Below, piece by piece: positions 39,201 to 51,500 of a stretch of DNA of 64,000 nt (position 1 is the first letter of the stretch; each line of letters starts with the position of its first letter). The notes below the pieces were generated by a model. The model ran no database searches and was not told the DNA's origin. It worked only from the letters and a program-made list of their open reading frames with translations. Both the position numbers and the translations under genes were made by a program. The DNA comes from Oikopleura dioica (Eukaryota > Animalia > Chordata), in assembly GCA_907165135.1 (NCBI GenBank), contig OU015569.1, positions 4,402,001 through 4,466,000 on the forward strand, written 5' to 3'.

Positions 39201-42200
39201 TCGGAAACAGGTACGTAATGAGTCTTAGTGCTCCAAGTAAAGAGCGCTCTAGTTTGATGGAATGCACGGCTACCAAGAAGTGGAATCCCGAGGAAGCGCC
39301 AATTTGCGTCGAAATTGTCTGTCCAATTATGCCCAAGCTGGAAAACGGAAATACAAAATGCTCAGATGAGAATCGTCATCAATCAGTTTGCAGATTCGTT
39401 TGTGGCGAAGGTAATTCCAACCTTGCTAGAAAGAATTAGGTTAAACTGGGAGGCAGATTTCGAATATACCATATTTACAATTTTTATGTTGTAGATAAGG
39501 GCATTTTTAAATAAACTTTGAGGATACCGACTGAAGGGCTCACGTTCTTCAATCTGCTCCACTGATGGAAAGTGGTCTGCTGAAATGCCAGTTTGTGAGG
39601 AAATCGTGTGTGACGAACTTCCAACTCCACAAGACGGATCCAAGGACTGTTCAGGCGATAAATTTGGCGAAAAGTGCTTGTTTTCTTGTGATACTGGATT
39701 CGATCTTTCTGGTTCCGAAGAGCGAACATGCCAGGCCGATGGAACATGGACCGGTGTCCCTGTTCACTGCACCAAAGCCACTTGTGGTCTTCTGCCCAAG
39801 GTATTTTTTAAATGCTTAAAGGGTTGAATACATTAATTCTAGCCCCGCCATGGATCCGTACAGTGCTCCGCTGGTGGCGATTTTGGCTCGGTTTGCTCTT
39901 TTACTTGCGATTCCGGTTATTCTCTTGTTGGATCCAAAACAAGAACGTGTGAGGCCGACCACGCTTGGTCCGGGTCTCAGCCTTATTGTCTTCAAGTCAC
40001 GTGTTCTGTTCTTGTCCCACCTGCAAATGGATACCTTTCATGCTCAGCCGGAAATTTGTTCAACTCAATCTGTACCTTTAGTTGCAAAACTGGATTCAAT
40101 CTTCAGGTAGGGTCCAAAACATTTTTTAACTCTTGTAAAAGGAAATGTTTGCAACCCTTTTTCTCAGGGTAACAATGAAGCAAAATGCGGGCTGAAAGGA
40201 GAATGGGATAATTCTCCTCCAACTTGCTCGATTATGTCCTGCCCACCTGCTGTGGAACTGGATCATGGACGAAGTCGATGTTCAGACGGATCAAACTACG
40301 GCTCTCGTTGCAGCTATTCCTGCAATCTCGGTTATGAGCTGGAAGGCTCGTCAAGTCGCGAGTGCTTGGATATTGGTTGGTCCGGTGAAAGTCCATTTTG
40401 CTCGCTCATCAGATGTCCTCGACATCCAGTTCCTGATAACGGAAAGATGTCTTGTACAAATAGGCATGGTGATAAATTATTTCTTTTCAAATGACCAACT
40501 ACTATATCAATGAGATTTAACGTGTCTCTTTTTTCAATTTTTCACACCATAAATAGGAACAAATACGACTCCGAATGCAGTTTCAGCTGCGATCCAGGGT
40601 ACAACCTTCTCGGTCCAAACGAACGAAAATGTGGCGCAGACCACAAATGGTCTGGTTCTCGGGAACCAATGTGCGAACTTATCCGCTGCTCGACTCTGGA
40701 CGCACCTTTCCACGGAACAATTAACTGTGCAAATTCGGACTTTTATGGCTCAGAATGCGAGTTCCACTGCGAAACTGGCTATGAGCTTATTGGCTCTGAT
40801 GTTAGAACGTGTGGTGTTAATCAGGTAAGATAAATACTAAAAGAGGGGAAGGAATACTTTTAATCAGATTTCATAACTGCAGTTGTGAACAAGTTTTATT
40901 GTTCAAGTCAACTAAAAATAAAAATTTATAAAGAGTATCATTTTTAACAGTTTCTTCGTCTGGTTGGAATCAACATAAAATAGTTCTAAAATAAGCCTGA
41001 GAGTCTTTCTGAGCTCATCAATCAGAGTTAGCTCATCAAAAAGTTCACTGTCGTTTAGAACTGGTCTGGCGTTCACCCAATTTGTCAGCCTATAACATGT
41101 GGTGAGCTGACTTCCCCACAGCACGGCTCCATTCTTTGCTCTAACGCGGACGGCTACGGTAGCAGTTGCAAGTTTTTCTGCGATCTTGGCTACTCGCTCG
41201 AAGGCAGTAAAGACCGAGAATGTACAGCGAAGGGTAAATGGACAGGGGAGCAGCCACAGTGCATTGAAGTCAGATGTGGACAAATGGAATCGCTTCATCA
41301 CGGAAAAACAGTTTGTACAGATGAGGATATGTTCAGCTCAGGAAAGTGATGAAATTTGAACAACTTAACGAATTTTCTTATCGACTGTTATGATACATAT
41401 TTGGATAGATTTGAAAAAAATATGATCAACTGAAAAGTTTGCACGAACGAGTGTGACTCTGGATTCCAGTTGACCGGCTCGCGAGTTCGAATCTGCGAAT
41501 CAAGCGGTACCTGGTCTGGCCGCGTCGCCAAGTGTGTCGAGGTTTCTTGTCCGCCAATCGAACTTGAGCCTCATACCTCTGCTTCCGGCTCGTGCGCTGT
41601 CCAGCCACAAAATTACGGTCGAGTTTGCACCTTTTTCCCCGACTCTGGATGGGAACTGGTTGGTGCTAGACAGGTTCTTTGCCAAGGTTTGACAATTAAT
41701 CAAACGCAAAATAATAAATAAAATGCAGGTTCTGGGCGATGGTCTGAGATTCCACCTACCGCCGAGTTGGTCAAATGTGGTGATTTGGGAAACATTGCTC
41801 ATGGCGCCGTGAGCTGTAGCTTTGGTTCTACTTTTGGTTCTGTCTGCTCTTATAAATGCGATCTCGGATATACACCTATTGGTTCAACAGAAATTAAGGT
41901 GATAACACAACATTTCTGAAAGTATTTAAATGTACAACTGATTAGTGCGGAAGAGATCGTTCATGGGACGATTTCCCGCCTTTCTGCCAAATTAATCGGT
42001 GCGAGCCACTGACTGAACCTTCGAATGGACGCATGTTCTGCGTAGCTGACAACACATTCGGCTCCGAGTGTGCAATGTCGTGCAATATGGGATACATGCT
42101 TCGAGGGTCCTCTTCTCGAACCTGCGGCGCCGATCAAAAGTGGTCAGGCGAACCCGCAGAGTGCGTCGCGGTGCAATGTGAAGCCATTCACGAACCAGGT

Positions 42201-44944
42201 GAGACGATGCTAGTTTAGGGCTTTTACTTAGATTCTTTCAGAATACGGAACTATGATTTGCTCGAAGAACAGGAATTTCGGCTCAATCTGCACGATCAAT
42301 TGCGACAGTGGCTATGACTTAATCGGACCAAGGCAGCGAGCTTGTGGCGCAGAAGGCCGCTGGTCTGGTTTGCCACCAACTTGCGAATTGATCCACTGTG
42401 GACCGACGACTTCTCCTCAACACGGAAATGTTACCTGTTCCATGTTCGATCAGTTCGGCTCGCAGTGCCAGTATGAGTGTAATGAAGGAATCGGTTTATA
42501 ATGTGATGCAATACTAGTTCTTATAAGCCAAGTCTTTTGAATCGTATTTAAACTCTGTAAAGGTTACAAACTCGTTGGCTCAAATAGCCGAGTGTGCCAA
42601 GAATCAGGTGCTTGGACCGGAATTCAACCAGTATGTGAGTTGGTTCAATGTAGACCACTTGCCTCGCCCGAAAATGCGTTTGTTGCCTGTTCATCTGGAA
42701 ATGACTACAACTCACGATGCCGTTACGTTTGCACGGTCGGATTTGAGCTTGTTGGTTCGGATAACAGAGTGTGCCAAGCGAATGGACGCTGGACAGGAGA
42801 TAGACCTTATTGCGAACAGGTAACTAGTTATTGAAAGTCAGCAAAAAAATGTAAATAAATGGAGAGAATTTTATTATTTTAAGTTTCATATCGAAATAGC
42901 AAAAAAGCAAGAAATGTTTTCATAAATTCGCTTAGATGTCGTCCAACGTGGGAATGGTAATCTAATCTCGTCTTTTTTTAAGATTACATGTGGTGTGCTG
43001 TCCGATATCCCTAGAGGTCGCATAGTGTGCGCTGATGAGGATCGCTACAATTCCGAGTGCGCGTACAAATGCAATTCTGGCTTCTCGATATACGGATCTA
43101 CGACTCGTCGCTGCCTCGAAACTGGAAAATGGTCGGGCTCGGTTCCAGAGTGTCACCGAGTCAGTTGTCCAGCGCTTCTGCCTCCAGATCACGGTTCGAT
43201 GAAGTGCAACCAAGAAAGCCATCACAATTCCACTTGTTCAATTACATGCGATACTTGCTTTACTCTGGTCGGATCAACGGCTAGGCGATGTCGCGCTGAT
43301 GGTCTTTGGTCGGGAGAAGAACCACTTTGTCAGAGGTATTTTGAATCTGTAGGGCATATTTTAATACTTCAGATCTCAATGCACACCTTTGTTGAATCCG
43401 TTGAATGGAAAGAAGCATTGTTCGATGGGCGACGAGTGTGGATCAGAGTGTAGTTTTAGCTGTCTACCGGGATTCAGCATGTCTGGAAACGATACGAGAA
43501 CATGTACAGCCGACGGCGGATGGACCGGAACAACGCCGAAATGCATTCGCGAAAGTTGTATTCCGATGAACCCTGATCCGGAACTGACGATGACATGTTC
43601 TGACGACAATAAAGTCGGGTCTAATTGCACCTTTACTTGTCCTCCAGACCAGGTAACTGTCGATTCCGTTCTTAGCTTTCAATAAAAATGCAATAGAATT
43701 TGATCGGCTCCAAATGGCGAGAATGCACCTCCACAGGACAATGGACGAACACGCTTCCAGTCTGTCGTCAATGCTCCCACCTCAAATCAGACTTAGTCTT
43801 TATCATCGATGGCTCCTGGTCTGTAGGAAACGAAAACTTTAGAAAAGCGAAAGATTTCATGAAGTCCCTCGGTAATCAACAATTTCATTTCTTTATTTAA
43901 AATCGTGCTACGTTTAGTGAATCCGTTTGAAATCGGCTGGGACTACACACGAGTCGCCGTGCTTCAGTACTCGGATGATCCAAGAATCGAGTTCTATCTT
44001 AAAGACTATCAGGATAAGACGACACTTTTGAATGCAATCGATGCCATAACATACAAAGGTGCGTAGTCCGACCTGAATTATATTTAACAACACTTTATTC
44101 AAGGTGGAAACACAAGGACTGGAGAGGCTATTCGGTATATGATGGGGCACATTTTCTCTGTCGAAGCTGGCTCACGGCCGTACGTCAAAAAACATATGGT
44201 TTTACTTACTGATGGACAGTCTCAGGCAATTTTAAATATATAAAATCTTTGGTTACATAATATTAGGATGATGTGGGAGCACCAGCCCGCGCAGCAAAGA
44301 ATTTCAACATTCGAACATTCGCGATCGGAGTCGGTCAAGCAATCGAGGATGAGCTGAAGCTCGTGGCAACTCCACCATTTTCGTAAGTAGAGGAAACGTT
44401 AGCATGTCAAATGCCAGCGCATAACATGACGAGTTGACAGCTGATTTCACGAATTATGCCCTGACGAAATATCATTTAGAGACACTCTTTACCATGTCGA
44501 AGATTATGATGGAATTCGCCATTTGCAAGATACGCTTGCGTTTAAGTTCTGCGAAGATCTTGGTAAGATAAGTTGGAAAACAAAATTTACTTTTTTGTAG
44601 AGCCACAAATGAACGCAGCAATGACTGGCGGCTACGGCGGAGAATGTGTGTGCCCAGCGGGTCCCCTTGGTCCTCAAGGTCCAGAAGGACCGGCCGGCCA
44701 GCCTGTAAGTAGAGCATCTCCCGGCGCTTGGAAAACGCATTTTTAGGGCCGCCCGGGTCCGCCTGGTGTTCCTGGTTTGATGCCACCTAGTTCTCTGGAC
44801 AAGGAAGACGTCATCGAGCTTTGCCGGCAAGTTTCGACGAACGTGTTCCGTCGCTCGCGAGCTCAAAGTGCAGCAGTAGCAGCTAACAGCGGCAGCCGAC
44901 GCCAGTCATTAAACAACCGCCGTCGCCCAAATAATAGAAATTAA
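36278..44944 (+). CDS. Giant secreted mosaic protein: FN3 - VWA - 28 x Sushi/CCP - VWA - short collagen (9 Gly-X-Y) - FACIT-like tail; 5' end unresolved
   Basis: FN3 (FDKLQPDTEYKISV); two VWA domains with intact MIDAS (DLVILIDGSWS, DLVFIIDGSWS) resembling collagen XII/XIV VWA; 28 manually counted six-Cys CCP repeats (about 37285-43767); ECVCPA-GPLGPQGPEGPAGQP|GRPGPPGVPGLM; DKEDVIELCRQVSTNVF; stop at 44942-44944. Confidence 0.9.
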
Positions 44945-45566
44945 CAGAAAGATCTTCCCTTCTTAAGTTCACGAAAAACAACAACCAACCGCCAAAAGTT
45001 TCCAATATACGAATATATCGATACTAAAATAATTCAATACTTTGTATAGTTACCATTCTCATGATCCATCGACACTATCCGAGCGAAACGATTCCATTGT
45101 ATAATATCTGTGAAAAAATGAAATAAAATGCTTCTCACTTCAATTTCAAGCCTTCTATTTATGACTGGTATTGCCGTCATTATTTAATTTCGCAATGACA
45201 TGAAGTTATTTCAGTAATTTGCTTTTTTAAAAGAAAAAATACGATAAGGCCCGTTTTGGGTTGTTATCAGTCCTCAGAGAGGTGGCGGGGCTTACAGGTG
45301 ATGAGAGTGGCGAGGCGCGGCCCTTTCTCTCTTCTGGTGGTGGCGTTGCAGGAGAGAACGTGTGGTGCTCGGGAGTCAGAATTACGCGAATCACCGCAAG
45401 AACACAGAGAATCAAGAATTACTTCCGATTTTTCGACAAAAATGTTGATTCCCATCAACTCTTGATTCGATTTTTAGTGGCACAAAAGTTAGAGATAATT
45501 TTGACGAAACAAGAGAGATTAAAAAAAAAGAGAAACTGAAGAAGAAAAAGACAGGTGGAAGTATCC

Positions 45567-48500
45567 ATGAAGCTAGGCTATTTGGTGGCCTCGCTCAACC
45601 TCGTCGACGCACAGAAAAGTCCGATAGTTGGAGAATGGGGAGAATGGTCTCAGTGTGATGCGCCCTGTGGAGTCGGTGAAAGAGTAAGTTTTTTCTGTTT
45701 GAAAAGGGAGCTGGAACAAGGGTATTTTAGCGACGTGAACGAAGATGTCTTATAACGAATTTTCGGCGCTGCAATAAGCAGCCCGGTGGGTTAGTTGAAG
45801 TAGAAGACTGTAATACGGAGGAATGCACAGGGGATCCGTATTGGTCAAATTGGTCGGAAAAGAACAAGTGCTCTGAGACTTGCGGCGGTGGAACTCAGTC
45901 GCGCTTCAGATATTGCATCGGCGGTGAAGCAGGCGATGTTGGTTGCGAAGGAATCTCAGAAGAGGTCACTCCTTGCGCGACAGAGCTTTGTCCAGGCGAT
46001 TTGTGCAAGGACTCGTTTTTCGATGTGGCCATCCTTATTGAAGCGAATACCGCATCACTTTCATACAATCCCCAAATCAAGTCATTTTTGAAGAATTTAA
46101 TCGGAAGTTACAAAGCGATTTCTTCCAATGACGCTAGACTTTGCTTGATGAGGTTTTCTTCTTGGCCAGAGATCTTGAACACCTTTGACGAAATCGAAAG
46201 CTATGGGGATGCAGTGGAAATTATTGATTCAATACCTTTTTATGGAAAAGACGCCGACTTGGCGGCTGCTCTTTTTGCACTCCAAGACGAGTGTTTCGAT
46301 CTTTCAACAGGATGGCGAGGAACAGAATTAAACAACAACGGAGTCGCCAGTCAGACCATCATCATCACTTCATCGAACAGCACAATCAATCAAATTGACA
46401 CCATCAGATTGAAGAAAAAGTCACAGCGTATATTTGCAATTACTCTTGGAGATTCGAGTATAGAAAATGTCGAGCTGCTCGTTTCCGATCCTGTCGAGGA
46501 GAATTACTTCGAAGGCGCTTTTTTAGACGACGTATTGGCTGAAGCGATCGTGCAACGTCAATGCTCAAATGAGCTCTTCCCAGATCAATGTTACAGTAAT
46601 TCCGGAAGAGGGTCATGCGATGGTGAGTGTTTCACGCAGTACAATGGAGTGCGTTGCACCTGTCCCAAAGGCACGTTTTTACTCGAGGATGGAGCCACTT
46701 GTGAAGACATAGACGAGTGCGCCACGGGAACTCATGACTGTCTTGATCATCAGACTTGTTCTAATTCATTCGGCGGCTTTCGATGCGGCACAATCATGCA
46801 CGACTGCCCTGCTGGCTTTCCTTGCTCACATGGATGCGGTGGCGGGGGTGGCATTGGTGGAGCTCTCTCAATATTTGAAATGGAAATCGGTCAAAGTTCT
46901 CCCTGCACTTGTCCTTTTGGAATGGTTCTTGGACCGGACAATTTAACCTGCATGGATCAGGATTCGGTTTGAATTTTCATGCCTGCGATTTAAGGGGGTA
47001 GAAACAGCTTTTTTCGAAAAAGGCGATTTTTGAACAGCGCCCAAGCTCAGCCAACCTTAGATTTTTAAATTCTCTCTTCGATTTAAGTTAGATCTATCTT
47101 AGATCTAAAAGCATCTGTTTTTAAATTTTTTTTTTGTTTAGCCAGTTTAGCGCTATAGAGCGAAACATCAACCCATCTCGTCGAAAATCCCGATTTTCGC
47201 CAATTTTTAAACAAGATTATCTCGAGTCACATGACTAGCCGAGAATTTTCTATATCATTATAAGATAGTTTAACCCTTTTTCTAGGAGCATCTACAACGA
47301 AATTTGTGTGATCATAAAAAATGATAATGTTGAGAGTCCGATTGAAACTTCTGTCTCAAATTTTCAAAATTTTGAATTTGAAACACAATTTTTTTGTGAT
47401 ACCCTTAAGTCATCGTCCTACCTTAATTATTCACGATGATCATTTGATCCAAATGAAACAATCTAATCGGCGTTCAACCCTTTATTTAACGATTTTAGTC
47501 CTCGATAAATTTCGAAAGTCCCAAATTTGCCCCAAAACTCCAATTTTAAATGCAATTTTAAGGACTTTCTAACAAAGTAAGGGGGTAATTTTTGATAGCA
47601 TTTTTATTCTTTATGTCCTAGGCTTTCAGAATTTTAGAAAAAATCTCTCAGTTTCCATCTTTGGCAAAAGCTGTTTCTACCCCCTTAACAATAAAGCCAA
47701 ACAAGTAGATTCTAGATTCTGAATAATATTTGTTTTGAATTAACGACCAAACCCAAAAAAGATTCCGATCTTTCTCTTGGATGAGTGCAAGAATAATAAC
47801 GGAGGATGTTCTCATATTTGCCGAGATCTCGACGATGGTTTTGTATGCGAGTGTCCTGAAGAACTTGGACTATCTGACGACGGCCTAACTTGCGTATCTA
47901 TTTGCTATACGTGTGAAAACGCAGCAGACCTAACAGAGTGTCAACAGACAGAATTATGTCCTTCTTCGACGACTCCATGTGTAACGAAAATAAGCAGCGG
48001 TGAAAATGGAGCAAGCCTGATCTCGAAGGGTTGCGAGAGCACTGAACGCTGCATCAAAGATGGAAGCGACAAGCCTGTTAATTTTTGGACATCTCCGAAA
48101 TGTGAAGGTGACACGTGCGACTGTTGCTGCTATGATAGCTTCTGCAACACCGGAGCCGACTGCGCTGCTGCTAGATCACCTTTTTTAGCCTGCCCTGAAC
48201 GACCTCAATCGGATCTCGTAAGCTTATTGCAAGAAAAAAACTAGACGCACAAGTTAATGACTCTGAATGATTCAATAACTTTTTTGTATTTAAATTTTCG
48301 AGTTTATTATTTGGCACAAATTTTAGAAAGTTTTTGGAATTCCCTTTTTTTGGAGAAAGTTTTTGGAATTCCCTTTTTCGGGAAAAGTTTTTGGAATTCC
48401 CTTTCTGGACTTCTTTTTCGAAGAGGCGCTATCCCTTCTGGGACAATGTTTATTTTATCTGTCCCTGCGCTCAATCGTTCGAGAAATTTGTATTCTCGCC

Positions 48501-51500
48501 TGAAAATTTAATGAAACGTATACTTTTAATTTCAATAGATTTACCTTTAAAATCGCTTGTTTCGGACTCATCCTTCCCTACTTTTGAATTTTCGGGAATG
48601 TTGAATTTTGATAAACAAGGTCGGCATTGGGACCTGTTCTAGAGATTGGCCAAAATTTTTTGAATAACGAAATTTGTCATTCCAATTCATTTATTTCTTT
48701 CAAATTCAACCGAATAAACTGATTCAAGTTTGATGTTTCATGCACTGGAAGTTTTGTCGGAGATGTGTGCTCATATAAATGCGAAGATGGACTCTCTCCA
48801 AACACGCCTGGGCTTCTCAGCTGCTCCATTGATGAGGCCAGGGAATGACATAAATAGAATACGGCAAAATTTTTTTTTTGTTTTTATGGAATTGAATCAT
48901 GTTGACAATACAGGAAATCAAATAGTCATCTCTTCTCAGTCGACTGGTGAAGCAGTTTGGATGGGAGAAGAACCAACTGCATGTAATGATGTTAATGAAT
49001 GTCTTGTCGGAAATGGAAAGTGTCAGCAAAAATGCGTGAATAGACCAAGCGGCTTCAAATGTGAATGCTACGACGATTACGATCCGCAAAGAGACGCAAA
49101 GTACGACCTCGTATTTATTGTAGATCGCAGTGACACAACGCCCGTGGAATACCTCGACGCATACAAAGATTTCATGAGAACGATCGTGATGGATAGACCT
49201 GTTGGTAACGACTTCGTTCGCGTGGCTATTTTATCGTACGCTTCTGATGTCAAATTTGAAGCGACTTTGGAAGAAAATAACTCACTAGATGCGATCTTGA
49301 ACGTAATAGACAGCCTGGAAATCTCTGGAGTCGGTCGCAAAACTGCTAACGCAGTGGAATTTCTTCTTGATCAGGTAGACCGCCAAGGTCGTGAACATAT
49401 TCCCATGGTATCAATTTTACTGACATCTGGCGTCTCGGATGAGGATCGTCTCAAAGTTATCCTCGCTGGATGGCGAGTTCAGGCGGCCACTTGGTGTAAC
49501 GCATATTCTCTTGGCATCGGGCCATACATTAGCGAGGAGGAGATGTTCTTGCTCAGTGGGGACCTTCAGCATTACCAAATTATAAGCTCTCCTGATCTGC
49601 TAAGCGACGTTCCGAATCTTCCACCTCTAGACGAGTATCTCGATATATTCTTTCCAGGGGACTACACTCTCCTTGCTGATGGCATCTCTTGTAACATCGA
49701 TGAATGTGCCTCTGGTCTCCACGGATGCTCTTACCAATGTCAAGACTTTCCTAATGGATACAGATGCCTTTGCCCACCAGGTGCTATTCTAGGCCAGGAT
49801 GGTAAAACCTGCGACGCTGATTACTGTGTTACTGCTGGTTGCGAATATGGATGCGTTTCTCGAAGTGGAACTTTCAATTGCATTTGTCCTCAAGGAAAAC
49901 AGTTGAGTTACGACGGTAAAACGTGCGAAGACCTTGATGAATGCCGACAGTTCAACGGCGGATGCTCGCACGGCTGTCAAAATACTAATCCGAGTTACAA
50001 ATGCACCTGCCCAGAAGGGATGGTTATTTCTCAAGACATGAGGACATGCAAGGTTAATATTTGCCTGCAAAAGAACTGCGAGCAAGGTTGTTCTCCTCAG
50101 GACATGGTTTATTTCTATTCAGCCGTTAAAATCTCTAGTTAGCTCGTCATTTTGCAAATGGAGATTAATGATCGCATATCCAAATCTGCCGACTTTGATT
50201 GTCGGTTTTTGACAATATTTCTTATCTTCAGTCATTTTCGTTTGCGTTCCCGTGTTCTTCATATTCTTCATAGTCTGAGTTCCTGAAGAAAAGTATAGTC
50301 CAACAAAAACAGTGAAATTAAATTTGTATTCACCGAGAAACTTTTTAATCTTCACTCTCCGAAATCAAAACAAATCTTAATTAAAGAAAATGTTTTGAAA
50401 ATACAGTATTTTTTGTTGGACTCTACTTTGTCAACGTGTCGATTATGCTCGCGTTCAGTCGTTTTCTTCGAGGTACTGATTTCCGATATGCGCATAAATT
50501 CATCCTTGTTGCTTCGATTTCTCTTTGAACCAGCCTTCTCCAATTTTGCTTCCGAATTTTCAACAAATTTACTGTAGGATAAGAAAAGGCATCCACAAAA
50601 GATCACAATGGTAAGTGAAGTAAGAAATGATCCAAGTAAAACGTAAACATTATTTGACATAAGGTTGTGGCGGCACTGGTTCAACTTAAAAATTGTGTTT
50701 TATAATGGTCGAAATATTATTTTCATGAAGTAAATGGATCCACTCGGTCAGGCTTTGATAGAAAGCGATAAGAATTGAGCTTTCATTTCTAATTCTCAGG
50801 GATAGACTAAGCTTGATAAGATTTAGAATGCGCTCTACCTTGGTAGTTCTCATAAGTAAACCAGAAATAGGACGGTGAATGCCGTTGTTATCCAGGATAC
50901 TACTTGGCCAGCGATGGGCGAACATGCGAAAAATTCAACCGGTGCCATCTTGACAATGGAGGCTGCGAGTTCAACTGCGTTGCTGATGCCAATTTCGATT
51001 ACCATTGCGAGTGCCCTGAAGGACTGAACCTTCGGCCCGACAGAAAAACATGCGGCGTGGCCTGCTACTCGTGCAGTTGGGCCGAGTCCGAAGACGAGTG
51101 CAATCAGAACGGGCAAATCACGTGTCCTGCTGGAGATAATGCTTGTCAAGTTGAGCTTCGTCGAATAAATGGCGTGCAGTACATAAGCAAAGGATGCAAA
51201 CAGCCTGAAGCGTGTCTGTCAAATTACGCGCAAAACTGGGCAGAGAGAGGCAACGGAATCACCCAGTGCAATCAACAGGAAGATTCAACATGCCATTATT
51301 GCTGTTTCTCGCATTTGTGTAACGCAGGATTCGACTTCTCATTGGACATGTATTTCTTACCGATGTGTCCGATTAACTTTCCGTTAATCGGCTTTGAAGT
51401 ATTTGGAGGAAACGAAAACGGTGTAAAGATTGGTGGGAGCGTACGACAAGATTGCCCAGATGGAACATTTTCATCCAGCGGATCACAAGCTATGTGCAAT

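Noticed and set aside
45227-45539. Short overlapping ORFs between the two ECM genes
   Set aside because: No signal peptide, domain or consistent splice structure; probably intergenic or promoter sequence.
48327-48404. TGGAATTCCC repeats as NF-kB sites
   Set aside because: They miss the GGG consensus start and are more simply an intronic minisatellite.
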